The notes under the pieces: generated by a model
Told to the model about the DNA's origin: nothing
The model's database searches: none
Seen by the model: the letters and a program-made list of their open reading frames with translations, nothing else
NCBI RefSeq assembly: GCF_000270205.1
Contig: NC_015913.1
Location: 990,001-1,022,000 of the forward strand
Reading direction: 5' to 3'
Source of the DNA: Candidatus Arthromitus sp. SFB-mouse-Japan
Lineage (GTDB): Bacteria; Bacillota; Clostridia; Clostridiales; Clostridiaceae
DNA length: 32,000 bases
Part shown: in pieces, positions 1-9,545 of the stretch
How positions within the stretch are numbered: the first letter of the stretch is position 1
Layout of the letters: every line of letters starts with the position of its first letter
Program-made: the position numbers and the translations under genes

Positions 1-1161
1 TTCATCTTTAACATATCCCATAATTAACCAAAATGCAATTCCAATTAAGCTTGGCGTATACAATAATACAGACTCAAACATACCTATGAATAAAAAACTC
101 AATACAGCAGAATATAAAACTATATAATTAAATTTATCAATATTTTTTTTAAGTATCGTATACACCTTAACAAGATAGACAGATATAAATGAAACAAAGA
201 GAATCAACGCTATAATACCATAAGATAGCAAAATATCAAGAAAAGTATTATGAGTTCCACCTTCTCTGACCCCAGACAAAAATCTTATAGTACTGTTAGC
301 TAAAATATTTATCGAATCCGTCTTAGAATATCCGAACAAAATATTATCTTTGACTATAGATAATACTTGCTCCCAAATTTCATACCTTCCATTTAATAAC
401 CTGATCAGTAAATCATTATTAATCAATAGATAAACAGAAAACAAACAACACACTATAAAAAACAATATAACTATCCACTTATTTTTAAACGTTATAGCTG
501 TAAAAACAAAACAAAATACCAAAAACGCAATAACAGCACTACGTGCACTAACTAAAAATAGCATTATAATCGACAATATAATATTAATTATAGCTATCTT
601 CTTAAACAGAATATCTTTGTAATAATTCAAAAAAATAAATGAAAATACAATTCCTATAAAACAAATTATCCCCAAAATATTTTCATTATCATAAATACCT
701 GTAAAAGAACCATCAAAATGGAATCCATAAACCTTATTTAAAACAAACCTAACCCTAAATATGTAAAAAATTATACTAAATATGTGAGATATAAAACAAA
801 TACCCAATATAACTGAAGAAAGTATTTTTAATTTTATATCCTTATTTTTGATAAGTACATTAAAAAATATAAAAAATTGAAACATTCCTAATAAAATAAA
901 CTTTATTTCATTAACATATTCACTCATACTATATGAATTTAAATACATCGTAACGACTGTAGATAATAAGAACAAAATAAAAATACAATTATAAAAACTA
1001 AATTCAAACTTGTTTTTATATATATCATAAACAAACATCAAAATAAATACCGCATAAAATAAATAATTTAACCCACTTATAAGATAAGATAATTCACCAA
1101 TTATACTGATATAGGAAAAATTAAATATCAAATATGCCAATGTAATATAAAATTTAATCAT
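1..1161 (-). CDS. O-antigen ligase/polymerase-like (Wzy/WaaL family) polytopic membrane protein; the C-terminal end runs off the window
   Basis: Absent from the ORF track because no stop lies in the window. I checked every in-frame triplet 1-1161 on the minus strand and found no stop. ATG at 1161 (MIKFYITLAYLIFNFSYISIIGELSYL...). The product is a series of hydrophobic segments plus ...SGVREGGTHNTFLDILLSYGIIALILFV..., resembling the HN.FL..L.E.G motif of the O-antigen ligase/Wzy_C family. RBS is weak. Last visible gene of the glycopolymer operon. Confidence 0.6.
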   Translation of the reverse strand, partial: MIKFYITLAYLIFNFSYISIIGELSYLISGLNYLFYAVFILMFVYDIYKNKFEFSFYNCIFILFLLSTVVTMYLNSYSMSEYVNEIKFILLGMFQFFIFFNVLIKNKDIKLKILSSVILGICFISHIFSIIFYIFRVRFVLNKVYGFHFDGSFTGIYDNENILGIICFIGIVFSFIFLNYYKDILFKKIAIINIILSIIMLFLVSARSAVIAFLVFCFVFTAITFKNKWIVILFFIVCCLFSVYLLINNDLLIRLLNGRYEIWEQVLSIVKDNILFGYSKTDSINILANSTIRFLSGVREGGTHNTFLDILLSYGIIALILFVSFISVYLVKVYTILKKNIDKFNYIVLYSAVLSFLFIGMFESVLLYTPSLIGIAFWLIMGYVKDE

Positions 1162-1211
1162 ATCAAAATCTAATTTAAGTCTGTTCCCTACTGGCTGTAA
1201 AATTTTTGATT

Positions 1212-2366
1212 CTAACCACTTAAACACGTTACATACACGTCCTTTAATTTATCTATGATAATGCTTTTCTCAAAATTATTTAAGAAATAACTGCGTATAG
1301 TTGTATATTTATACTTATTAATATTAAGAATCATTTCTACTATAGCCTTAGATAAATTATCCTTGCTATTTGTATCTACCAATATACCCACATCATCTAT
1401 AATAATATCCTCAGCCCCTCCATTTTTTACTCCTATAACCGGTTTGCCACAAGCTAAAGCTTCTATATATACCACACCAAAGGTTTCATAAGAAGATGCC
1501 AAAATAAATGCATCACACTTATTCATATAAAATACAACTTCATCCCTATTAAGAATTCCCAAAAATTTAACATAATTGCATAGTTTTTTATCAATAATCT
1601 TTTTCTCTAACTCATTTCTTAAATATCCATCTCCACCTATTTCCAATACGAAATCATATCCCTTACCGATCAGATATTCACAAGAATCTATTAAATTTTC
1701 AAAACCTTTACCCTTAACTAAAAACCCTAATGTAAAAAAGGTAAATTTAAAATTAGACCTTATTCCTGTAACAATATTAAACTTGTTGCCATCAATAAAA
1801 TTATGTATAACACTTATATCATTACCCACAAACTCTTTCAATTCCCTCTTCAAAGAATTACTAACGCTTATCAATTTGTCAGCATTGTTATATGCATCAT
1901 AAATATATTTCAAATAACTTCTTTTAATCTTATTGGAATAATTTATACCTGTATGTTCAGTCAAAACATATGGTATATTAAATTTTTTCTTAATATATGG
2001 TCCACATATACCTGCCCAAAAACAAGAATGAAAATGAAGTATATCTATTTTCCCTTTATCTTCGATAACTCTATCTATTAATTTTTCGATCCTCTTGGCA
2101 AATATATTAAACCTCATACTACTATGTAATAAATAATTAAAATCTTTATATCTATATGTATCTAATCCATCTTCGACATTAAACGATATTTTTCTACTAA
2201 ATATTGACTTAAATTCATTATAGCAATATATTGGTAAAATTTCATTGTAACAGACAGTAATATTTTCTCCAAATTCTTTAAGAGCTAATGCCTGTTCTTT
2301 AAAAAAACTGCCCAAAACTGCATTTTTCCTATTTGAATACCATGATGGTATAACTACAATATGCAT
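1212..2366 (-). CDS. Glycosyltransferase family 4 (GT-B fold)
   Basis: 384 aa. C-terminal EX7E-type motif (SSYETFGVVYIEALACGKPVIG) and N-terminal MHIVVIPSWY typical of GT4. RBS TGAGG lies 7 nt upstream of the ATG at 2366. Confidence 0.85.
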   Translation of the reverse strand: MHIVVIPSWYSNRKNAVLGSFFKEQALALKEFGENITVCYNEILPIYCYNEFKSIFSRKISFNVEDGLDTYRYKDFNYLLHSSMRFNIFAKRIEKLIDRVIEDKGKIDILHFHSCFWAGICGPYIKKKFNIPYVLTEHTGINYSNKIKRSYLKYIYDAYNNADKLISVSNSLKRELKEFVGNDISVIHNFIDGNKFNIVTGIRSNFKFTFFTLGFLVKGKGFENLIDSCEYLIGKGYDFVLEIGGDGYLRNELEKKIIDKKLCNYVKFLGILNRDEVVFYMNKCDAFILASSYETFGVVYIEALACGKPVIGVKNGGAEDIIIDDVGILVDTNSKDNLSKAIVEMILNINKYKYTTIRSYFLNNFEKSIIIDKLKDVYVTCLSG

Positions 2367-2378
2367 TGATAAACCTCA

Positions 2379-3653
2379 TTAAATATCTAAAAATTTAGAT
2401 AACTTCGATAATATTGCATTATTGTTAAATTCATTTCTATTAAACTCAATATCCCTATTAAAATTAATCAAAATATCACACATAGCCCTCATTATATCAT
2501 CACAATTATTAATGCAACAATAAATCCCATTTATACCACTAACCAATTCATATAATGGATCACTATAATCTTCGAGTATTGCTAAAATAATTGCATTCGA
2601 TCCCATATAATCATATATCTTAGCTGGTATTTGAGAAAACTCCTTATTCCCAAATATAAGAAGTATATCCGCATTAACAACCATATTTATAATATCAGAA
2701 TATGGAATACGCGATTTCAATTTTATACTACTTTCATTAGCCAACTCTTTTTGCTCTAAGTCATTTATGTTGCCAACAAAATTTACATTTAACTTATAAA
2801 ATAAATCTGAAAAATTTATTTGAATCAAACCTAACGCTTTAATGAACTCTCTTATATTTCTTACACCCTTAACAATATCACCCGCATATAATACATTGAT
2901 TTTATCTGACTGAAAATCTGAAGGATAATTTTTCTTAGAATCACAATATAATTTGTCATCAAATCCTCTATGTATTATCTCCATGGATTTTGGAGTTAAT
3001 TTATAGTTCTTCTTATAATATTCCATGTTATTTTTAGTTACAAACAAAAACTTATCACTATTAATTATTATTTTATTTTCAATTCTTTTGTTAAAAAGTC
3101 TTACCAAAAGAGCCCTATTTCTCCTATTTACCTCATTACAATAAGGATCGCTAAAATACGATACAAGTTCTACACTATTATTGTATTTTTTTACCATATT
3201 TTTAATTTTATATGCACAGATTAAACTGGATGGTGGTTCATGCATTCCAATAATTATATCAAACTTTATATCACTCAAATATTTTTTGAAATATTTGCAT
3301 GCCTTATTAATCCAAGAAGTATATGGATCAATAATTACAATTTTATTCTTAATCCAAATTAATCGTTTAGATTTTATATCCGTTTTATTTTTACAAACTA
3401 CTTTTTTAGGTATCATCTTATTTAATATAAAACTTCCATTTACTCTATGTACAACTATATCTTTATTTACAAGCTTAGATAATTTTCCATCGTAGTAAAT
3501 ACTATCACTAGGAAAACTTAACGTTAAAAGATGTATTTTTAAATCTCTATTACTACTAGCAAGTAAGTTCATATAATATATCAACTCTATGCTAGCAGAA
3601 TTATTTATATCAACTGAGTAACAAGAAACAAATAAGATATTAATCACTAGCAT
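2379..3653 (-). CDS. Putative GT-B-like glycosyltransferase, divergent, specificity unknown
   Basis: 424 aa. The C-terminal ...ADILLIFGNKEFSQIPAKIYDYMGSNAIILA... resembles the P-x-K-hydrophobic-x-E/D-Y-hydrophobic motif of GT-B enzymes, but no clear EX7E was seen. The ATG overlaps the tagA-like stop (ATGCTAG), implying translational coupling. Confidence 0.45.
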   Translation of the reverse strand: MLVINILFVSCYSVDINNSASIELIYYMNLLASSNRDLKIHLLTLSFPSDSIYYDGKLSKLVNKDIVVHRVNGSFILNKMIPKKVVCKNKTDIKSKRLIWIKNKIVIIDPYTSWINKACKYFKKYLSDIKFDIIIGMHEPPSSLICAYKIKNMVKKYNNSVELVSYFSDPYCNEVNRRNRALLVRLFNKRIENKIIINSDKFLFVTKNNMEYYKKNYKLTPKSMEIIHRGFDDKLYCDSKKNYPSDFQSDKINVLYAGDIVKGVRNIREFIKALGLIQINFSDLFYKLNVNFVGNINDLEQKELANESSIKLKSRIPYSDIINMVVNADILLIFGNKEFSQIPAKIYDYMGSNAIILAILEDYSDPLYELVSGINGIYCCINNCDDIMRAMCDILINFNRDIEFNRNEFNNNAILSKLSKFLDI

Positions 3654-4384
3654 CTATCCTTTAAATGATATTTAAAACTTCGCATCATAAACTTAGGTAT
3701 ACTCGTTAATCTCTTTATTCTTACTGGTTCCTTCAATACCCTATACAACCACTCTAATCCTAAATTTATCATCACTCTTGGAGCTCTATTAAGCTTTCCA
3801 GCATACAAATCAAAACTCCCCCCAACTCCCATAAATAATTTACATCCAAGCATATCTATGTATTTATTTATAAAAATATCTTGGCGTGGGCTACCCATAG
3901 CAACAAATACTACATCAGTGTTACTTTGCTTTATTCTTTGAAAAACATCATGTGAATTATCACCAAAATAACCATTATTATGTCCAACAATATTTATATT
4001 TGGATATTTTTTTAATATATTATCAATAGCTAATAATAAATTTTCATCTGTAGTACCTACAAAATAAATTTTTAAAGATTGCTCATTGCAAATCTTTAAA
4101 ACCTCATCCATTATATCAATTCCAGCAATCTTACAAATATTTATTTTCTTTAGTAATTTCAAAAGTATCTTTATACCAACACCATCTGGTATGACAACAC
4201 TATCATCTCTACAAAAATATTTTTTAAGGGAATTATCATTTAATCCATTTAACAAAACTTCTGGATTACCAGAAACTATGTTTAATTTATCATTTTTATT
4301 TGATAACAAATGTTCACGTATTATATTTACTAAATCATCTTTACTTCCTGTATATATTTTATATCCTGTTAAATTTGTATACAT
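3647..4384 (-). CDS. tagA: WecB/TagA/CpsF family (GT26) glycosyltransferase, TagA-like ManNAc transferase
   Basis: 245 aa. Family motifs VIPDGVGI, FVAMGSPRQDIFI and MGVGGSFDLYAGKLNRAPRVMINLGLEWLYRVLKEPVRIKR. No obvious SD; starts 8 nt after the upstream stop. Confidence 0.85.
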   Translation of the reverse strand: MYTNLTGYKIYTGSKDDLVNIIREHLLSNKNDKLNIVSGNPEVLLNGLNDNSLKKYFCRDDSVVIPDGVGIKILLKLLKKINICKIAGIDIMDEVLKICNEQSLKIYFVGTTDENLLLAIDNILKKYPNINIVGHNNGYFGDNSHDVFQRIKQSNTDVVFVAMGSPRQDIFINKYIDMLGCKLFMGVGGSFDLYAGKLNRAPRVMINLGLEWLYRVLKEPVRIKRLTSIPKFMMRSFKYHLKDRC

Positions 4385-4392
4385 AATTCAAT

Positions 4393-5457
4393 TTATAAAA
4401 TAATTTTTTCTAACTCCTTTAAAATTTCGTCATTACTATTTATTCCACGAGCTATTTCAAAATATTTCTTAACATTTTGCATATCATCTAATTTCAAATA
4501 ACTCATTATTATGTTTGTGCACACTTCTATTGAATTTGTAACTTTAAATACAGTTTCAAAATATTTAATTGCCTCAGAATACATTTCTAAACTTGCATAG
4601 TTCAAGCCTAATTCATTTACAACCTCAACAATATCACTATCTATTCTTCTAGAATTCTCTAAATAATAAATTGCCTGTTGATTCATATTTAGTTTCCTAT
4701 GTGCTACTGCAATATAATAATATATCAAAGCATCGTTTTTAAACATATCAATTAATGGAATTAACTTTTCCAGAGCTTCCTTAGGCGAAGAATATATTTT
4801 TTCCTTACCATCTTGATAATCTTTACAAGCCATTAAATGATCTTTAAACTCTTTTATTTCTTGGTCATCTTTAACCTTATATTTTTTTATACTATCGAGT
4901 GCAAGTACATAATTACCCTCATCTCTCTCAATTATTGCCTTATACAAATAAACCTTATTAAACGTTTTATAATTTTTTATTGCATCATCAATATGAAATT
5001 TTAATTCAGAATTAAAAGATTCATCCTTATCTTTTAAATTCATTAAAACTACTATTAACTTCTCTTTATATTCATCATTGAAATAAATCTTAGACAATCC
5101 TTTTAACATTATGTACGCATCAAACAATTCATCTTTTTGAATTAGTGAATATATGTACCCCTTATAAAACTCCTGACTATTATCAAAATTTAATATTATT
5201 TCCTCGTAGTAATTGTTATATATAAATTTTTCATTTCCACCAATGCATAAAATCATCCCTACAAAAAATTTATCCATTGTAAGATCACTACTTTTAGGAT
5301 TATTTTTATCTGTTATAAGCTTTAGATCAACAGGGAAAAGAACATCTTTCCCCTGCAATTCTTTATACAAATATGGGCTTATTTTATCTAAAATTGTTAA
5401 ATCTTTTAACTCAATAAATATTAAATTTGAAAGTCTTTCATTAATATTGTAACTCAT
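4393..5457 (-). CDS. TPR-like repeat protein of unknown function
   Basis: 354 aa with no signal peptide or TM segment seen. The C-terminal third has TPR-like helical repeats (ALIYYYIAVAHRKLNMNQQAIYYLENSRRID; LGLNYASLEMYSEAIKYFETVFK). RBS AGGAG upstream of the ATG. Confidence 0.5.
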   Translation of the reverse strand: MSYNINERLSNLIFIELKDLTILDKISPYLYKELQGKDVLFPVDLKLITDKNNPKSSDLTMDKFFVGMILCIGGNEKFIYNNYYEEIILNFDNSQEFYKGYIYSLIQKDELFDAYIMLKGLSKIYFNDEYKEKLIVVLMNLKDKDESFNSELKFHIDDAIKNYKTFNKVYLYKAIIERDEGNYVLALDSIKKYKVKDDQEIKEFKDHLMACKDYQDGKEKIYSSPKEALEKLIPLIDMFKNDALIYYYIAVAHRKLNMNQQAIYYLENSRRIDSDIVEVVNELGLNYASLEMYSEAIKYFETVFKVTNSIEVCTNIIMSYLKLDDMQNVKKYFEIARGINSNDEILKELEKIIL

Positions 5458-5471
5458 ACTTACTCCTAATC

Positions 5472-7208
5472 TTAACTCATGCAGTCCTTTATTAGATTTA
5501 ATACATTTTTCTTAAACTCTTCCATTTTAGCAACTATATCTTCCTTATGGTTGCTCCTAACACTTAAATAAAATTTAATTTTTGGTTCTGTCCCTGAAGG
5601 CCTAGCTGCAAACCAACTTCCATCTTCAAATATTACTTTTAAAACATTTGATGAAGGTAAATCTATTTTACTCTTTGTATTATTTACAACATCCTTCTCT
5701 ATTCCATATTTATAATCTTGAACTTTAACCGTATTCATATGCTCAATACTAACTTTATCCATACCTCTTAGCACTTCTAGACAATTAGAAATTTTCTCTT
5801 GTCCTTCTTTACCATTTAATTCTATAGAAACCAAATTCTCCAAAGAAAAACCATATTTATCATATAAACACTCTAAAGCATCACATAAAGTTTTTCCATT
5901 CTTTTTGTAGTACAATGCCATTTCAGCTATAATGTTTGTCGCAATAACAGCATCCTTATCTCTAACAAAATCACCTAATAAATATCCGTAACTTTCTTCA
6001 AATCCAAAAACATATTCACTATTATCATCAACTTCAAATTCTTTTATTTTCTCACCTATATATTTAAACCCAGTTAATACTTCAATTAGATTAACGCTAT
6101 AATGATCACAAATATTTTTTACAACATCTGTTGTTACAATCGTTTTAATAATAGTAGATTTATTACTTAACTTTCCTTCTTCTTTTAAAGAATACAATAT
6201 ATACTCAGATAATAAACTCCCTATATGATTACCAGTCAAAAGTTTATACTCGCCATCTCTTCCTTTAGATGCAACTCCTACTCTATCACAATCTGGATCA
6301 GTAGCTAAAATCAAGTCACTATCATTTTTCTTGGCTAATTTTATAGGTAAATCAAATACAATCTCAAGTTCTGGATTAGGATATGGTACAGTCGAAAAAT
6401 TGCCATCAGGATCCCTTTGCTCCTCAACAATTTTAATATCTGAATAACCCAATTCATCTAATACTTTTGTAACTGGAAGTAACCCAGAACCATGAAGTGG
6501 AGTATATACTATTTTTAATTCGTGGCTATGATTTTTAACCAAATCTTTTCTTATAACTAATTCCTTAACTTTATCAAAATATTTTCTATCTATGTTTTCT
6601 CCTATATATTCAAGTTTACATTTACTAATAGCCTCATCTTCACTCAAAATATTTATATCTTCAAATATATCAACATCACATATTCTATCATAAACTTCAC
6701 TAGCCAAGATATCTGTTAACTGTCCACCATCTTCTCCATAAACTTTGTATCCGTTATACTCTTTGGGATTATGTGAAGCTGTTATAACAATACCACCCTT
6801 ACACTTCAACTCCCTAACTGCAAAAGAAAGCATAGGTGTTGGTCTTAAACTTTCATATAAATAAACCTTTATATCATTAGCCGCAAAAATAAGTCCTGCC
6901 CTCTTTGCAAATTCATCTGACTTAATTCTAGAATCATAAGCTATAGCCACACTTATTTCCTGATCTTTGTATTTATCCTTCAAAAAATTTGCGTAACCTT
7001 GCGTAACCTTACCTATAGTATAAATGTTAATCCTATTTACACCAGATCCAATTATTCCTCTAAGTCCACCTGTACCAAATTCTAACTCTTTATAAAATCT
7101 ATCTTCTAATTCTTTTTCATCCAAATCATATATTTCTTTTTTATGATCTTCACTGATATTACTCGATGACAACCACTTATCTGCCAACTTTTTATACACA
7201 ATTACCAC
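5472..7208 (-). CDS. pgcA: Phosphoglucomutase / alpha-phosphohexomutase (PgcA-like)
   Basis: Catalytic serine loop TASHNPKEYNGYKVY, metal loop DPDCDR, and GFEESYGY sugar-binding loop. The N-terminus aligns with my memory of B. subtilis PgcA (DLEFGTGGMRG). The SD GAGGTG overlaps the GTG at 7208, so the true start is probably the GTG at 7199 (MYKKLADKW...). Confidence 0.9.
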   Translation of the reverse strand: MVIVYKKLADKWLSSSNISEDHKKEIYDLDEKELEDRFYKELEFGTGGLRGIIGSGVNRINIYTIGKVTQGYANFLKDKYKDQEISVAIAYDSRIKSDEFAKRAGLIFAANDIKVYLYESLRPTPMLSFAVRELKCKGGIVITASHNPKEYNGYKVYGEDGGQLTDILASEVYDRICDVDIFEDINILSEDEAISKCKLEYIGENIDRKYFDKVKELVIRKDLVKNHSHELKIVYTPLHGSGLLPVTKVLDELGYSDIKIVEEQRDPDGNFSTVPYPNPELEIVFDLPIKLAKKNDSDLILATDPDCDRVGVASKGRDGEYKLLTGNHIGSLLSEYILYSLKEEGKLSNKSTIIKTIVTTDVVKNICDHYSVNLIEVLTGFKYIGEKIKEFEVDDNSEYVFGFEESYGYLLGDFVRDKDAVIATNIIAEMALYYKKNGKTLCDALECLYDKYGFSLENLVSIELNGKEGQEKISNCLEVLRGMDKVSIEHMNTVKVQDYKYGIEKDVVNNTKSKIDLPSSNVLKVIFEDGSWFAARPSGTEPKIKFYLSVRSNHKEDIVAKMEEFKKNVLNLIKDCMS

Positions 7209-7266
7209 CTCATCAAGATAATATTAACATCTTGATTATACTACATCCACGAGAATATATAAATAT

Positions 7267-7296
7267 AACAGTACAAACAAGATAATTTGTACTGTT
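7267..7296 (-). terminator. Intrinsic terminator downstream of L25/ctc
   Basis: Perfect 11-bp stem AACAGTACAAA / TTTGTACTGTT with an 8-nt loop, starting 10 nt after the ctc stop. Followed on the minus strand by a T-rich ATATTTATAT. Confidence 0.6.
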
Positions 7297-7305
7297 ATAG
7301 CATAA

Positions 7306-7896
7306 TTAATTAATCTCTGATTCAGTTGATGATACTTCATTTGATTCGTCAACAAAGTTTTTGGCAAAATTTATTGAAGCTACTACAGACTCTAAACTAT
7401 CTAGTATAGTTATTTCATCCCCTACTTCCATATCAGAAATCCTAACAGCGTGTCCTAACATTTGTTCCTTTATAACTAAATCAATTTTGTCAGGTATTTT
7501 ACTAGCTTTACATCTAACTTTTATACTGCTTTTTTCCTTTTGTATAATCGCTCCATTTTTAGTTGCAACAAATTCATTAACATAATTAACAGGAACTTCT
7601 GCATTAATTACTTTATCTCCATTAAAACATTCAAAATCAACATGCAAGATATTATTTGTAATATGACATTTTTGAACTTCCTTAATTATTGCATTATATT
7701 TCTTACCTTCAAGGTTAACTTGCACAGTATTATGATCACCGCCATGAGTCAGTAATTCTTCTATATCTCTTTTATCTAAAATTATTTTAGTTGACGGTAT
7801 ATCAGTTCCATAAATATTCCCAACAACCTTACCTTCTCTTCTCAATTTTTTAGTTGATCCTTTTGTTGTCCCATTATTAATTATCGCGTTTATCAT
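7306..7896 (-). CDS. ctc: 50S ribosomal protein L25, Ctc (long) form
   Basis: N-terminus MINAIINNGTTKGSTKKLRREGKVVGNIYG and the roughly 196-aa length fit the L25/Ctc family. The track ORF starts at a GTG (7926), but AGGGAG lies 8 nt upstream of the ATG at 7896, so I use 7896. Confidence 0.85.
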   Translation of the reverse strand: MINAIINNGTTKGSTKKLRREGKVVGNIYGTDIPSTKIILDKRDIEELLTHGGDHNTVQVNLEGKKYNAIIKEVQKCHITNNILHVDFECFNGDKVINAEVPVNYVNEFVATKNGAIIQKEKSSIKVRCKASKIPDKIDLVIKEQMLGHAVRISDMEVGDEITILDSLESVVASINFAKNFVDESNEVSSTESEIN

Positions 7897-8031
7897 TTTA
7901 TCAACTCCCTTTGTCTGTATTATCACACTTTTAAATATTTCTTATACAACTTTTTTAACTTATAGAAATTTTCTTCAATATTGTTGTAGAAATTATAATT
8001 TGTGTTATTATAACCATTAAGTATTGATATT

Positions 8032-9510
8032 TTGAAAGGATGGTTTAAGACTTTGTATAAGCTAGATCAAAATAAAACACCAATTTTTGACTCACTAATG
8101 AAATATGTAAATAACAACACAGTACCATTTCATGTCCCAGGACATAAAAAAGGAATTGGTATACCTGAAGAATTTAAAAATTTCATCGGAGAAAACGCAT
8201 TTAAAATAGATGTTACAGTATTTAAATCGGTCGATAGTTTACATCATCCTACTTCATCTATAAAAAAAGCAGAAGAATTAGTTGCAGATGCATACAACTC
8301 TGATTATTCATTCTTCTGTATAAATGGAACCACTATTGCAATACAAGCAATGATAATGTCCGCAGTATCTAGTGGTGATAAAATATTAATTCCTAGAAAC
8401 GTCCACAAATCCATAACAGCTGGCATTATTTTAAGCGGGGCAATACCTGTGTATATGAATCCAGATATCGACGAATTCCTTTCTATATCTCATGGTATAC
8501 CATTTAATACAGTAAAAAAATCTTTAGAAAACAATCCTGATGTTAAAGCAGTTTTATTAATAAATCCAACTTACTATGGAGTTTCAACTGATATCAAAAA
8601 AATTGCCTCACTCGTTCATTCATATAACATTCCATTACTTATTGATGAAGCCCATGGTCCACATCTAATATTTAATAATAAACTGCCAATATGTGCGATG
8701 GATGCTGGAGCTGACATATGTGCACAAAGCACCCACAAAATAACATCATCATTAACTCAAGGTTCATTTTTACATGTAAAATCGAAATATATCGAACCAT
8801 CAAAAGTAAGACAAAATTTAAATTTATTACAAACAACATCTCCATCATATATAATACTCGCATCTCTTGATTGCACAAGAAAACAACTTGTATTCAATGG
8901 AAAAGAATTACTAGATAAATCAATTGAGCTTGCTAATTACGCAAGAGAAGAAATTAACAAAATAGATTCTCTTTATTGTTTTGGAGAAGAATTGAAAAAT
9001 GATGGTGGATTCTTTACGTTTGATCCAACAAAAATTACAATCAATTGCAGAAAACTTGGAATAAGCGGATATGAATTAGAAAAAAGACTTGCATCAAAAT
9101 ATAAAATTCAATTAGAAATGGCAGATGCTTACAACGCATTAGCTGCTGGATCTTTTGGTGATACAAAAGAAAGTATTGACAAATTAATAACTGCACTTAA
9201 AGATATAAGAGCAAATACAGAAAAGAAAGATACTAATAAATTTAATATAACTATACCTGAAATACCAAAACAAGTATATTCACCTAGAAAAGCTTTCCAA
9301 TCAAACAAAAAATCAATTCCTCTTAAAAAAAGTGTTGATCAAATTAGTGCAGAATTTCTTCTTGCATATCCTCCTGGAATTCCTGTCCTTTGTCCAGGTG
9401 AAATAATCACACAAGAAATTGTTGATTATATAGAATATATAAAATCTATAGGTTTATTCGTTCAAGGAACAGAGGATCCTAAAATCGAAAATATTAAAAT
9501 AATAGATTAA
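8032..9510 (+). CDS. PLP-dependent Orn/Lys/Arg decarboxylase family enzyme (SpeA/YaaO-like; arginine or lysine decarboxylase)
   Basis: 492 aa. Motifs FHVPGHKKG, IPRNVHKS, DEAHG and the PLP-lysine motif STHK(ITSSLTQGS). Colinear with my memory of B. subtilis SpeA. Substrate cannot be assigned from sequence alone. Start is uncertain: TTG 8032 has no SD, while in-frame TTG 8053 lies 12 nt after AAAGGA. Confidence 0.85.
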   Translation: MKGWFKTLYKLDQNKTPIFDSLMKYVNNNTVPFHVPGHKKGIGIPEEFKNFIGENAFKIDVTVFKSVDSLHHPTSSIKKAEELVADAYNSDYSFFCINGTTIAIQAMIMSAVSSGDKILIPRNVHKSITAGIILSGAIPVYMNPDIDEFLSISHGIPFNTVKKSLENNPDVKAVLLINPTYYGVSTDIKKIASLVHSYNIPLLIDEAHGPHLIFNNKLPICAMDAGADICAQSTHKITSSLTQGSFLHVKSKYIEPSKVRQNLNLLQTTSPSYIILASLDCTRKQLVFNGKELLDKSIELANYAREEINKIDSLYCFGEELKNDGGFFTFDPTKITINCRKLGISGYELEKRLASKYKIQLEMADAYNALAAGSFGDTKESIDKLITALKDIRANTEKKDTNKFNITIPEIPKQVYSPRKAFQSNKKSIPLKKSVDQISAEFLLAYPPGIPVLCPGEIITQEIVDYIEYIKSIGLFVQGTEDPKIENIKIID

Positions 9511-9545
9511 AAAAATAAAAGAGCCACATTATAAAATGTGACTCT
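9511..9545. terminator. Bidirectional intrinsic terminator (decarboxylase on +, probably rpsU on -)
   Basis: Stem 9520-9530 / 9535-9545 (AGAGCCACATT ATAA AATGTGACTCT). The single C-A mismatch on + becomes a G-U pair on the minus RNA. On the minus strand it is followed by TTTATTTTTT (strong U-tract); on the plus strand by AAATTTT (weaker). Confidence 0.6.

Noticed and set aside
143-150. T8 (A8 on the coding strand) homopolymer in the Wzy/WaaL-like gene as a possible phase-variation tract
   Set aside because: Runs of 7-9 A/T occur throughout this very AT-rich window, including in essential genes, so this one is not distinctive.
6991-7010. Perfect 2 x 10 bp tandem direct repeat (gcgtaacctt gcgtaacctt) inside pgcA
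   Set aside because: It encodes GKVTQGYAN in frame and aligns without a gap to the PgcA family, so it is not a duplication scar. At most it is a potential slippage site.
7212-7236. Perfect 8-bp inverted repeat ATCAAGAT-N9-ATCTTGAT between a TATAAT box and the pgcA SD (CIRCE-like 9-nt spacing; a possible operator for the glycopolymer operon)
   Set aside because: At this AT content I estimate dozens of 8-bp inverted repeats with short spacers per 32 kb by chance. The position is suggestive, but there is no second copy or other support in the window.
7897-8031. SigmaB-type promoter (GTTTAA-N14-GGGTAT) upstream of ctc, as in B. subtilis
   Set aside because: Only a GTTAAA with no GGGTAT-like -10 at the correct spacing. 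A weak extended -10 (TGtGATAAT) is a more plausible sigmaA-type signal but was too uncertain to list as a feature.
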